Assembly (NCBI GenBank): GCA_032718475.1
Contig: JAUCBJ010006256.1
Location: 1-64,000, forward strand
Reading direction: 5' to 3'
Source of the DNA: Nemertoderma westbladi
Lineage: Eukaryota > Animalia > Xenacoelomorpha
Length of the DNA: 64,000 bases
The notes under the pieces were generated by a model. It made no database searches. It saw only the letters and a list, made by a program, of their open reading frames with translations, and was not told the origin of the DNA. Each line of letters begins with the position of its first letter. Within the stretch, counting starts at the first letter, position 1. Shown in pieces: positions 1-12,414 of the stretch. Made by a program: the position numbers and the translations under genes.

Positions 1-1469
1 AAGCTCGTCGTCATCTTCCTCCCTCACTGGGAGTAGATCCGGACCCGGTAACCCGGTAGATCCACTATGCCCCTTTTCGCCTCGGTTTTCACCCGTAACT
101 TTCCACCCTTCCTGCTCCCTTGGTGTCTTTTTTGCAAAATCGCCCTCAGAGCCCCCTGGTATTGCCATCACTTGCAATCCCGATGTCGACTGTTTCGGTG
201 ATCCCTACGTCCATCCCAGTTCCTCCCCCAGAAACTCGCCCAAGCTCCCTGATCCCCACCTTAGCTCGTCCAAGTCCTGGGCTTCGAACCCGTACTCCTC
301 TCCCCATATATCCGCCTCTCTCTAGTCTGCTTCCCTCATTTCTCGCCTGGCGATCTCCTCCAGCCTCTTCTCCTCAATTCTATCTGCTTCCAGCTTCTCC
401 CACCTCTTATATGGTGTGTCCACCTCTCTGTCCACTAGGTGCCAGCTATCGTAGTACACCGACTCGCCCTTCAGCCCCGGGTGGTCTACCAGACCTTCGA
501 AGGCCACCTTAAAGGCTCTCCTGTAGTTTAGAGGTGCTCCTGATAGCAGAAATGCCATTGGCTCTCTTCCGATAACCACGGCCATGAATAGGTTTAATAA
601 ACCTATCATTATCCAATCCTCCTGTAAGATATATCTCTTCTGACATATCTTTATCGCTCCCCTTCGGAACTGATACACCTCCTGTTTCCCTGGCCTCGCT
701 CCCCATTTCAGCGAGATGGCCAGCTCCGCTCCGTACTCCTCCCGGAACTTTCCCCAGTCCATCGGCTTGTGGCAGACGAGCCCTATGAGTTGACCCATCG
801 CCACTGCTACACAATGCCCTGTGTTCTCTACCAATCCCAACCCCTCTGGCCCCGTCATAGCCATATAGACTGCTTGCATGTCCAGGAGGTTGGGGGTCTC
901 CAGTCCGATGATCCTCTCCGCGTCGTCGCGGATCGCCGATACCACCTTCACCATAGTCTTCTCTCTCACTAGGTCCTGCACCGCCCTCGGCAACCGGTTC
1001 AACTTCCGCCCGCTCTCAAGATATCTCCGTTTGACGCAGCCAAATGCAGTAGTATGGTTCTAGCCAATCCCACTGACCCTCTTCTCAAGCCCTCGTCGTC
1101 TTCCACAGTCCCTTCGTTGTCTAGGACCATGTATGCGCCCCTACTCACAGACTCTACAAACCTCCTCCATTCCTTCCTCGGTGGTTCCCTCGGATACTTC
1201 GGTATCCCGAACTTCGCTTCGTCTCCCTTCACTACGTAGCGAAAATGCTTGAGGATCGCGTTGTCCAATGACGGCGTCCCGTAGGTCCCGACCAGTCATC
1301 TCTCGTGCATCTCCTTAAAGTGGTCCTGCAACGCTCGCGCCTTGTGACCCTTCGGTAACGGTTTGTTGTATCCCCTCGTCTTCTCCTCCGGATGCCTCTG
1401 TGTGAAGTCCACTAGTACCTCCTTTCCAGTCCTCTCTGTCTTTCTCTTCTTAACTAGCCTCTCCGCCAT
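1..1469 (-). pseudogene. Decayed long ORF of unknown family (possible retroelement ORF1/gag-like or endogenous viral gene); runs off the window edge
   Basis: ATG at 1469 gives MAERLVKKRKTERTGKEVLVDF...HER*. After an in-frame TGA (1296-1298) the frame continues into ORF 999-1268. One frameshift (~1020-1060) leads into ORF 322-1002, and that frame continues past TAG stops at 322-324 and ~205 to ...PVREEDDDEL at base 1. GC-rich and purine-biased on the coding strand, unlike the AT-rich flanks. Confidence 0.6.
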
Positions 1470-1949
1470 TATGAACTTTTCCGCGCGCTCACCGTGTTGG
1501 TGGTGCCTTACAAAGGCTCAATTAGATGAGTGCCGTTTAACAAGGTGGTCTGTGTTTCGTTCAGCAATGGCCTATCTCCTAAAACCCTAATTTGTCATAT
1601 ATTTTTTTTAAATATACGCCCCCCAAAGTGCCAATTTTTCTAAATTTTACAAATTTGTCCGCTACTTTAATTATGATTCTAGAACCCCCTGCCTACAGTT
1701 GCTATAATTTGTTAAATTAACCACTAATATTATTTATTCTCTCTTGCTGTGCTATTATCAATTGTCAGCGGGTTATTTAACCTAGATAACCCCTCTAGTT
1801 TGTATACAGGGAAAACTAGCTATTCTTTACTGTGCTAGCTTCGTACCAGGCAACTTCCTGGCCCTGTAACAAACGTCCTAAACTTACACTATGGGCTGTG
1901 CAGTACAGTAGTCTGTCTCGTGCGGCCTACACGGTCTATCCTGCTGTAC

Positions 1950-2290
1950 CCATGTGCCCCCTCTCCCTTTCGTGGCGCTCTCAATGCCCACAGCCTCTAC
2001 AGTACTACGTACCCTACTACTACTCCTATGGTATGCCTATATACCATACTCTATACTCTCTAACTACGTGGCGCCCTCAGTGCCCACAACTTCTAACTCT
2101 TACGGTAGTATGTACCCTGCCCTACTACTACTCCCATGGTATGCCTATACACTCCCTATTCTCTTACTACTTCCATGGTATGCCTATATACCATACTCTC
2201 TACTCTCTTACTACTTCTATGGTATGCCTATATACCATACTCTCTCTACTACTACTTAGTGCTACGTACTATCTACTACTATTACTTTCT
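1950..2290 (+). repeat. Degenerate minisatellite; includes monomers of the 56.4-59.8 kb satellite family in opposite orientation
   Basis: CGTGGCGCTCTCAATGCCCACAGCCTCTAC..TACTACGTACC and CGTGGCGCCCTCAGTGCCCACAAC match the reverse complement of the big array and its end. Also ~45-bp repeats containing CTATGGTATGCCTATATACCATACTCT. Confidence 0.8.
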
Positions 2291-2489
2291 ACTATCTTAC
2301 TTCTTATTTGCTTATTATTTATTTTTTTTATATTTTTATGTGTGGGAAGGGTGTCTCACCCTCATTCCCACCCCCTCAGTCCAACATATTGGACGACTAA
2401 ACTCTAAGGTGACCCTTCCAATAGGCAACACTTTCCTACAGCCCTCTTGTAGGTCTTCCTATCTTTGGCCCCTATTTATTACTTCTTTA

Positions 2490-2727
2490 AAAGGGGGGGG
2501 GGGGGGGGGGACTGGACGCAATAAAAATTAATCCCTCTCCAGGGGAAATTGGACGTAAATAGCAGATGATTACTCTCAAAAATAAATCTGTAATCTGTAA
2601 TCTTATTTTTTTGGTTAAAATAACGTGCCACTGTAACCTGCTCCTTTCCCTAAATTGAGAATTTAACAATGAGGCGGGATATTAATTCGCCAAGGCAGGT
2701 TTTGCGTCTAGTCTGCCAGTCCCCCCC
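2490..2727. mobile_element. Short MITE-like element
   Basis: GGGG..GACTGGACGCAA at left and TTGCGTCTAGTCTGCCAGTCCCCCC at right form an imperfect inverted repeat. Confidence 0.4.
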
Positions 2728-3129
2728 GCCTGTCTCAAGGCAGCAAGCAGGCAAGGAACCAGAGATACTAAATTTATTGTTACCAAATTATTAAAAGCTG
2801 TTACACAGTGTTAAGTGGATAAGACTGTAAGTGTAGCCTAAGATATATTATAAAAACATTAGGCCTAAGCCAGTAAGCGTAATCCAGCAATCTGTCAGTG
2901 TATGTCTGTATGTACTGATGTATCTTTCAGTCTTTGTCAGGTATAAATTATAGCTAGTTATACTGTTATACAGTTATAGTATGGTCTCTAGGGTGGTGTG
3001 GCCTAACCCCACACTTCTGTTCTCATCATTACATGTCAATTTTGACATGTATGTCAATTTTAACATGAGAAAAACTTTAAGTATTTATATTAACTAAACG
3101 GCACGGTGAAAAAAATTTCCGCACGGTCA

Positions 3130-3192
3130 GGGCTAAGAATACTCGCGGGCTAAGAACACTCACGGGCTAAGAACACTCACGGGCTAAGAATT
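3130..3192 (+). repeat. 17-bp tandem repeat (GGGCTAAGAACACTCAC) x~4
   Basis: Directly visible tandem units. Confidence 0.85.
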
Positions 3193-3544
3193 CACCCAAC
3201 AAATGTACTTGTTCAGAGCTGTGAATTCTACATTTCTTCTATATTGAATGTACAGCAGCAGGGCATTAGAAATTTGAATCATTGCTACACGAAATAAAAG
3301 AAAAGGATTATTGTATTATTTCGTTTTATTCCATATCGTAACATCCAATCTTTTAACACCCTATCTCGTATAATCATGCCTCCCCCATCTCGTAGCACGT
3401 AATGCATTATTGTCAAAAAATTTGCAAAATAAACTTGGTCTATAATCCGATCTATAGACTCTTGGGTGTCCACAACGGTATTAGTACATAGAACAACAGA
3501 TTGGCAATAAGAATTTGTTACAAGCGTGCAATAATAAATACAAA

Positions 3545-3720
3545 AGGGTGAGTAATACACAAGACCCAAAAACTTAAGACCTGTACGAAACACATGTGAT
3601 AACTTTCGTTTATTGTTTTGGTTCCCCCAACTATGACTATGTAACCTGCTCCTTTACTAACCTGATCCTTTAAATGCCAATGAGACCTAACGCTCTTTGG
3701 GACCTAACGCTACTTTACCT
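3545..3720 (+). repeat. Dispersed repeat; diverged inverted copy at ~16340-16520
   Basis: AACTTTCGTTTATTG..GGTTCC..TAACCTGCTCCTTTACTAAC..CCTTTAAATG is shared with the reverse complement of 16370-16460. Confidence 0.7.
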
Positions 3721-3924
3721 CTTAGTTTTGTACTGACCCAGATACAAGCCAGATACAAGAGCAGAAAACCAGCTATATCGTCCTGCTACAACGTTACTAA
3801 CTTCAGCAACTGTATCATAGACCTATTTGCCTTTAACACTTTGCGTACCAGCACGGTACGAGTTCATCACACGTATTGTCACGACACGTACTCGTGTTCA
3901 TAATTCATGATAATGCTCATAATG

Positions 3925-4130
3925 CCGCCTTTAAATACTGTAATTATAACTTAACCCCCATGGCAGCAAAGTGCCACCTTTACATATATATAATATTATA
4001 CTGATCCCCAGGGTAGCAGTGTTTCGCCTTTATATAATTATAACCTAACCCTTATGGCGGCAGAGTGCCGCCTTTACATATATTATCCCGACTCCCAGGG
4101 CGACAGGGTGCCGCCTCTATTTAAAACCTC
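3925..4130 (+). repeat. Degenerate ~55-bp tandem repeat (ATGGCGGCAGAGTGCCGCCTTTA core)
   Basis: About four diverged copies visible. Confidence 0.6.
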
Positions 4131-4961
4131 TTATAACTTTCTTATAACTATTGGGGCGGATAAATGGAGTTCATATTCGTGTTGTGCAGGAAAAGCTGGT
4201 CTAGAAAAAATAATTTATTGCTTGAAGGGATTCCTGTTGGTTTGATTAATTTTAAATTACATAGTTTATGCAAATTAATTTCAATTTAGCCAATAATTAT
4301 GTTACAAATGATTAAGGCTGCAATGTGCCCCCCGGGGTTCAAATGAAAGATTTATAAATTTCGAAAATGGTTAAAGGCGGAAGTGTGCCGCCTTTGAGGG
4401 GTAGGATAAGGCGTAATAATATGCGTTATACTCTGTTATATATAACAACAAAATAAACCTTGGTACGATCAAATATACTTTCTTGGAAGTAAAAATTTAC
4501 GTAATTTATCTTCGGTACAAAAAGGGCTACACTTATTTTCTTAAAATTTAATAATAGTTTGAGTAGGTTCTCGAGAATTTCCTTGCCATATTCGTAAACA
4601 TGAAGATTGTAATGTTGTGATAGACATAAGAGCATATTGCTTAAAATATATTAAATATAATATAAATATAATTTGCTATACAAATTTCTGGCTGCTTATA
4701 TTGCATGCATATAGTCCAGCAAAATCAAATCAAGTCTCACACTGTTCATATAAGCAATCAAAGTGTAATCTATGTACCCCTTTCGATATCGCTTAATGCA
4801 CTGATTCTTAATAATAATATACAATTATTTATTATATTTAATAAACTGTAATTTTATTAGGAAGAACTTTCACCTTTCTGTAATATAGTATACTTCTAAG
4901 AATACACCTCATTAGTAATAATAATGTTATAATTTTAATTAGATTGTTTACTCGGGTAAAT

Positions 4962-5486
4962 GGGTGGCTTTTAATATAAATGCTATTTAATTATTTATTT
5001 AATACTAAATATTATTACCTTTAACAAATGATGTTACCCAATACATGAAAACAATTTTTTTGCTCCAATCATGTCTTGATTAATAAAATATAAAAAAGTA
5101 GAAAGTTTCATGGGTGGTGCTAAAAATTCTGGAACATTTAATACAAAAATCGACACACCGGCACTATTAATGGTATAGTACCCTATTAATTAAAAGTATA
5201 AAGAGACAAACATTTACTGATAATTAATAGGTAGAGAACTATAGAGAAACCCACCACACAGCACAAATATCAAGTAAAAATTATAAAATAGAGTTAAGTA
5301 CAGAAGAGGCGATGTAGATTAATTAGCTAGTTGCTGCATATGACGTTCCTATCCTGTCTGGCCTTATGGCAGCCCAGCACCATCTTCCAGTCCAAGCCCA
5401 CTTCTCCATTTGATGCGTGACCCACGAACGCAATGGGATGCGCCTCGGATAAGGGCAAACTGGACTCGTGTCCTACTCTTACTGTC
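4962..5486 (-). mobile_element. 5'-truncated CRE-like (restriction-like endonuclease) non-LTR retrotransposon, 3' end
   Basis: Minus strand 5364-5478 reads RTRVQFALIRGASHCVRGSRIKWRSGLGLEDGAGLP*, resembling the 'FAxxR...CxRGSR' C-terminus of metazoan CRE-type elements. It is flanked by the direct repeat TTACTCGGGTAAAT (4948-4961, 5487-5500), a candidate TSD. Confidence 0.6.
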
Positions 5487-5771
5487 TTACTCGGGTAAAT
5501 TGGTTAGCGCAAATTTGCGGGATTTCCGGCATCGGGACCGGGATTATCACTCTCGGGATCCCGTCTGCGTAAAACTTAACTATAAATAAACTTCAATAAA
5601 CACTATATTACGTAACTAACGGTCAACAGTCAAATTATTCATAAACCACAATATTACTTACAAAATAATAAACTATCTTAATTCAATTTAATACGATGCA
5701 GAGAGGTTCCAACCACGAAGACTATAACAGTCTACAGTACGAAACCAAGACTTCTCCATTTGGCTGAATAT

Positions 5772-6100
5772 CCACTTGCCTGTTTTGGCAAGTATATAAA
5801 TATACCTTGCCTGTTTTGGCAAGTATGTAAGTATGCCTTGCCTGTTTTGGCAAGTATATAAATATACCTTGCCTGTTTTGGCAAGTATGTAAATACACCT
5901 TGCCTGTTTTGGCAAGTATATAAATACACCTTGCCTGTTTTTGCTAGTATATATATATACCTTGCCTGTTTTGGCAAGTATGTAAATGTGCCTTGCCTGT
6001 TTTGGCAAGTATATAAATACACCTTGCCTGTTTTGGCAAGTATATAAATACACCTTGCCTGTTTTGGCAAGTATTTAAATATGTATTGCCTGTTCTGGTA
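5772..6100 (+). repeat. 31-bp minisatellite CCTTGCCTGTTTTGGCAAGTATATAAATACA x~10
   Basis: Tandem units with the internal inverted motif CTTGCC...GGCAAG; explains the overlapping repetitive ORFs. Confidence 0.95.
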
Positions 6101-6464
6101 AGTATTTGAATTTGATAGAGTATATTATAAATATGATGGAAACTTCCTGTAAGTTTCACGTGTAAGACAAATGTTGAATAAATTATAAAACAAAATATTA
6201 TTTTATGGCTTTTTCACTGGAGCAAAGAGTAGTACGGTAACGCAGGAGGAGTAAACGAACAAATGTAATATGTCCTCTACTTAAAGTAATTGAATTGCCG
6301 TACTACTGTAATGAGAATTTCAAAGATTGTTGAGTCAAATTTTAATAATATCTCGAAACAGGAAATGTCTACAAGGTAGGCCTACATCCTAAATTTGCAT
6401 AGAGGATTAAAACAAGCAGGAAACGAGCTGTATCAACAAATCAGGCTGATAATATAACAAGTAT

Positions 6465-6685
6465 TATCAAGTCAAGTCAAATTTGTCAAGTCAAGTGATG
6501 TCAAGTCAGTATGTCAAGTCGTATGGCGCCAAGTCAAACTACTATCAAGTCACGTGATGTCAATCAAGGCATTAATTATGAAGTGATGTCGAGTCCAATG
6601 ATGTCAAGTCAAGTGTCATAAAACCAAGTGATATCAAGTCAAATAATTTAAATTGATAAAAAGTGTTGTAAAGTCAAGTGAAGTC
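6465..6685 (+). repeat. Degenerate (GTCAA)n microsatellite
   Basis: Repeated GTCAA/CAAGT units. Confidence 0.8.
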
Positions 6686-8036
6686 ATATACCATCATGAT
6701 AAATGGCCATGATGTCTGTCACGGTTTTCTAATTATTGAAATGGCTTCCGTCAATTCGTTTCACCCACTGCATCGTCCCCATCTTGTGAAATTCCACCAT
6801 AAGAGGCAGGCAAAGAATCGCAAGTTTTCTTTGTTTTAGATTTTCCAAGGCTCGTCATTGTTAAAATTGATTTCTAATATTAAGGGGACCATTATCTTAT
6901 ATTCATGATTATGTATATAAAACAAGATTTTTCACAATTTCTCAATTTTGACATTTTCCACTGTCAATTTTTTTATTTTTGTCCAAAAAGTTTGAGTCTA
7001 CTCTATATATAGCATCTCTATATATATATATATATAAGCTTTCCCACTATTAGGGCCACCTTTTAAAGGTCCAATGGCCCTTAAATGGCCTTGGGCTAGG
7101 AGCAATGGCCCTAATCCTACTACGATGGCCCAAAAGGTACACGTCCTCTTAGGGCAAATATGGCCCACCTAGAACAAAATGGCCCAATCTAGGCATAATG
7201 GCCCAAAATAAACAATTACAAGGAAATTGCCTTTAGTTCTTATGAATTTAACTTGCACCCCTAGCGGTAAACAATAGTATTTATTATCAATTTAATTCTA
7301 CAGCCAAAAATACCTTTGCAGATATTTAAAAAAATATATATATCTACAATAACGCATACAATTCACTTTTGTGTAATTTCTGATTATGGGTTGTATAATA
7401 AGTAGTTTTTAGACGATTTTAAGTCTTTCGTTATAGATAATTATTATCACTTATGACCCGACAGTCAAAAACGCGGATGTGATTTCTCGAATTAATGGCG
7501 CAAAGTGACCGGAAACACAAAATATGTGTTTTTTAGATGATTTAAAAAGTTAATTTATTTAAATTTCAAACATTAGTGGCGGTGTTTTCTACCCAAAACA
7601 ATAAACAATACCTTTTCACAAATGGTCAATTTGCGCCACTATTTGGATGTCTCAGCCGTTTGAAGATCGAAACTTGTGCAAACAAAATATGTTAAATTGT
7701 AAATAACAATACTGTAAATAACAACAGGTTTTAATAAATTCTCACTGACAAGCGATTAAAATTTGTGCTTTTTTAAGAAATAATGTATGACCCTTCGGTA
7801 CCTCTAGGAAGGATAACTTATCACTATTTCGCGTACTATACACTTCATTATTAACATTTTGTCATTGGTGGGGGATTAGTTTATATTTATCTTACGACCC
7901 CTACGAATTCCATCCCCTACCAGTAATTAATATATTGGAGACATAAATGTAGACGTTTTGCCTCTTACCCTAATGTAACAATTATCTATAGGCCTATTGA
8001 ATATAATGTGAATTTTATCCCGTATTAATTAAATCT

Positions 8037-8778
8037 AATAACTATTTACATCATTGTGTGCAAAGTAGCACTTTGCAGCGTTATGACCCGAGTTATTTAT
8101 GTACCGAGCGAGCGCAGCGAGGGAGGTTTACATCAATAAACAAGGGTCTTTAACGCTGAAAAGTGACCTTTGCAAGCAATGATGTATGTAATTTTGTTAC
8201 ATTATGTCAACTTATCAGCGTTCGGTTTGTGAAGAAAGGATTTTATGGTTGCTCATTTATACATTTTAATCATGTACTGTACTATATCGAATATAAGTGA
8301 AATTTATTAACAGGTACACTGGTACACAGTATTAATTATACATTTAAATCTAATTAAAGTTTATTGGAAGTTATCTCCTGCATGGATGTGATAAATCATT
8401 AATCCATCTTGACTATAGTCGACTGAAGCAAACTTATTCACCGTCTGTGTCCGTACAGTTTTACTGAACACTGTCGTCACTTTCTTTGGTTAATTTAGTG
8501 TCTTCTATTGGACGTTTCGCCATAATGGATTACAGTACATGTTAAACAATTATTTACATCCAGTAGCTAGTCCCGTCACTGCAAATTGGATAATAAAGCT
8601 GCAATCATTAACATAAATGGAAATAATACATTCTGGAATACAGTAATTGAAGTTGTTTCCATGTCATTGATTACTTTGCAACGTTCCGTCCAATAGGCCG
8701 CAACGCTGCAAAGTAGTACTTTGCAGCGTTACGAGTAATTCACCAGAACGCTGTTAAGTTGACATAATGTAACAAAAT
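8037..8778. mobile_element. Non-autonomous element with a terminal hairpin and asymmetric inverted repeats (Crypton-like or Helentron-like)
   Basis: ATTTTGTTACATTATGTCAACTTA (8191-8214) is inverted at 8755-8778. The left part folds (TACATCATTG...CAATGATGTA) around CGAGCGAGCGCAGCGAGG. Palindrome AACGCTGCAAAGTAGTACTTTGCAGCGTT at ~8702. Confidence 0.55.
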
Positions 8779-9657
8779 ATATTGTAACAAACATTTTGTT
8801 TTTTTTATTTTTAGATAATCTAAATAATATTTGTCATTTGGGTGGCTCATTTGGGTGGGCATTGTCTTGTAAGAACCATTATATTTTTTAGTGGCCCTTT
8901 ATGAACAGTGACTAATTAAGGCCATTTCGAACTTTTGGCTCAAATGGAACATGGTCTTGCATGGGCCATTGCCTTTTCAAAGGCGTTTGATAAAAATTGG
9001 CTAATATCGGGCTACATTATAGTTGAGTGGCTCCAAGCGACACTATCCAATATGGGCCATTTCAGATTTGATAGGCTTTAAGGGAAAATTGCCTAATATA
9101 TATGAAATATATTTCATATTTAAGTGGCTCTAATGGACAATGTCTTGTAAGAGCCATTTCATTTTTTGGTGGCCCTTTATGAACAGTGTCCAATAGAGGT
9201 CATTTTGAATTTTAGTGGCTCCAATGGAATATTGTATTGCATGGGACAATCCTTTTTAAAGGTTTTTATAAATATATTCAAATTAAATTAAACAATATTA
9301 GATAAAGCGGTTTTTTTGTGAGAGAAATCCAGAAGTCCAATTTTTTCTTTTGAAAAATAGCTTTTATCATGAGGTTTTTATTCTAGAACATTTGACATTT
9401 TGACAGTAAGATTGTAGCTAGAAATTTTGATTTTGTGTTAGCTAATACTTTTTATTAGCTAGTGAAACAATAAAAATTTAAAATTAAAAAAAAAATTTCT
9501 TGTTGAAATTACTTTAATCATTGCTTTTATTATTTATTAGCTACCATAAATTTTACTAGATATCATGATGATTTAATTGAAAAATTTCAAAAATTTTAAG
9601 ACCGCGTTTACACTACCGAGTCAAAGTCAAGATTAAATTCAAAAGAAAATAAATATA

Positions 9658-10357
9658 CAGTACAGGCCACCAGAAAACGCAGATTTGTACAATTGTGAAC
9701 ACATTTTATCAAATGTGTACCAGTGTAATGTAATGTTGTTGAATGGTACAATTGAACATAATTGAACATAATTGAATTGGCAACAACCAAAATTTTTTCG
9801 CCAAAGGATACAATTGAATACTTTTGAAACGCTTAGTAATCTGGAAACTCTCTTTAGTTTGCCGCGAACTGTCACTCACTGCAGCTGGAAATGCAATAAG
9901 GATTTTGTTTACCTTTATAGTGTGCGGTTAATAGTGTCTAGTAGGCAGGCCTATAGTTAATGATGTTAGGGCATCTTCTGGTGTTTCTCTGTGCCCTCTC
10001 GGTGTCAGACTAATGGCGCGACATCTCCCTGCACCAAATTATTTATTCAATGGTCTAGGCTCCTCCATCCATATACCCATCCACTCGAACCTCCATGTGG
10101 TCTTGTATGTAGTTCTCTCTCTATCAATACAGCCCATTTCCGCAATGTTACGCCCTGGGGGCTCTCTCATCTACCTGATAACATACATACAGGCGCACCG
10201 CACCGCACACAAAGCTTTTGTTGGTCCCAGCAAGTTAGCCTCCTGCTGTATGATCTAGAAGATAACTCACCATAACCTGCCAATCAGATGACTTGAACAA
10301 ATGTGTTCACATGTGATCACATTGGAAGAAATCTGCTTTTTCTGGTGGCCTGTACTG
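9658..10357. mobile_element. Tc1/mariner-type MITE nested in the Harbinger MITE
   Basis: TIRs CAGTACAGGCCACCAGAAAA(C/A)GCAGATTT at both ends; TA TSD (9656-9657, 10358-10359). Confidence 0.85.
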
Positions 10358-10469
10358 TAGCTAGCTAGCAATAATAAATAATAATACATTATATAGGCCT
10401 AATAATACATAAGGGCATTCTAGAAAAAATTAATTTCATGTGATATGTTTTACATTTTGTCTTTTAAAA

Positions 10470-11993
10470 CCCTATTAGTACCGGGCTATAAAATGCTGTA
10501 CAAATACCGGGGGCGGGGGGGGGGGGGGGGGGGGGGTCATATTGACCCGTCCCTCTAAAATCTACAAATATTAACGAAAACGTCTGAATTTACTGGGGTG
10601 GTAATATTGCAGCACCAAAATTACAAGTAGTACAAGCAGTAAAATTACAATTTTCACAAAATTTGAAAGTTACATTTTTCGGCTAATTGTTTTTCAATAT
10701 AGGTTTTCTGGGGCGCAAAATACATTGGAAAATATTTAAAAATGATATGATTACCATAAATGGCTGTTTAGTCCTCTCAGCGTAGAAAAAAATGAAAGAA
10801 CAAGTAACCAGCACTTTTCAGTTAGAACACAAAATTTTTAATTCACTTATATGATGCTATAAATTCACATTTTCAGGTTTTCTAGGGAGCTGATTCTAAT
10901 GGAATACATTTCAAATATGCCAGATCATTGCTGCTTGTATTTTTCGGCGTAATTTGGCAAATTTTGGTGCTAGCACCAAATTTTGTACCCATCACCAAAA
11001 AGTACAACTTTGCGATGTCCAGTACTGTTTTTATTGATTCCATCGGATTCAGGACCCTCATAAACCCGTATAACGCAAGAAACAAGATGATATTATCTAC
11101 TGATCAATATACTCATTTTCCAAAATTTGGTGCTGGCACAACAATTTTCACCCACCGGCGAAAAATACAAGTTTGAAAACTCTTATGAAATTTTTACTGT
11201 TTCCATTGAATTCAGAACCCTAAGAAACCCGTATAACGCAAGAAACAAGATGGCACAATCAATTGATATATTTGATGGTTTTCAAAATTTGGTGCTAGCA
11301 CCACATTTGGCACCCACTTCCGAAAAATACAAGTTTGAGATGTCTAGTTCGATAATTATATATTCCATTGAATTCAGAACAGCCATAAACCTCTAAAATG
11401 CAAGAAATAAATTGTCACAAGCAATTTTATCTATTGAATGGATTTTCAAAATTTCTTGCTAGCACCAAAATTTGCACACAGCACCGAAAAATACAAGTTT
11501 GATACGCTTGGTGCAACTCGTATATATTTCATCGAAACCAGAACCCAAAAAACCCCAATTGCGTAAAATACAAGTTTCAAACAATCAATTTACAAAATTG
11601 ACATATTTCAAGATTTGGTGCTGGCACCAAAATTTGGCACACCTCGAAAAAAAGAAGTTTGAAATTTCTAAATCAATTTATATGAATTCCATCCAATTTC
11701 TAAGACCAAAAAACCGGTGTAAATAAAAAATAGAGATGTTACAATTCATATTTAATTAAATGTAATTTTCAAAAAACGTCTCAAAAAAAGTGCCAAAAGT
11801 AGGGTTAAAAAATGGTGCTATAACTCGAAAACTACCCAATATTTTTGAAAACGGTTTTCACTACTAGGAATACAATAGATTTTTAGGAAAAGTCATAAAA
11901 TTTGAGATTCCCAACTGCGTTTGTTTCAGAATTATAATAAAAAAACCACGGGGGGGGGTCATATTGGCCCCTTCCCCCCCAGGTTTAATAGGG
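10470..11993. mobile_element. TTAA-targeting (piggyBac-like) non-autonomous element nested in the Harbinger MITE
   Basis: Ends CCCTATTA... and ...TAATAGGG|TTAA; GGGGGTCATATTG motif near both ends; ~165-bp internal subrepeats (TTGGTGCTAGCACCA). Confidence 0.7.
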
Positions 11994-12279
11994 TTAACTT
12001 TGACTTTGACTCGGTAGTGTGAACGCGGCCTAAAAAGTTATTTTATTCATTTTATATACGTATTATATCCATGCCGTTCTTTTTAAATACTATCCAGGCC
12101 TTTGTCTAAAAACATATTTGTTCTAGAACATTAATTTTTTCAAAATAAAATGGCTAAATTTCAAAAAAAAAAATTATCAAAAACTAGCTAGTAAATATTT
12201 ATTTTGGTGAGGGGTGTATGCATACTGAACCAGTACCCACTATTTTACAGTCAAAATAGCCAAGTTGCTATAAAAGTTT

Positions 12280-12414
12280 CCGGCTACTTTGCTGGTGAAG
12301 TTGCTGGTAAAGTTGCCACGTGTAAACATTAAACAGCGATTAAATTAAATTGCTCCAAACACATTGCTAGTTGCCGAGAAAGTTGCTCTAAAAGTTGCCA
12401 CGTGTAAACAGGCC
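12280..12414 (-). mobile_element. Harbinger-like MITE end fragment
   Basis: Repeated AAAGTTGCCACGTGTAAAC ending in ...GTAAACAGGCC. Confidence 0.45.

Larger units (their letters stand above)
9600..12030. mobile_element. PIF/Harbinger-type MITE (outer element of a nest)
   Basis: TIRs GACCGCGTTTACACTACCGAGTCAAAGTCAA and TTGACTTTGACTCGGTAGTGTGAACGCGGCC; TAA on both flanks (9597-9599, 12031-12033) fits a TWA TSD. Confidence 0.85.

Noticed and set aside
5688-6159. Overlapping ORFs of 71-121 aa
   Set aside because: Products of the 31-bp minisatellite.
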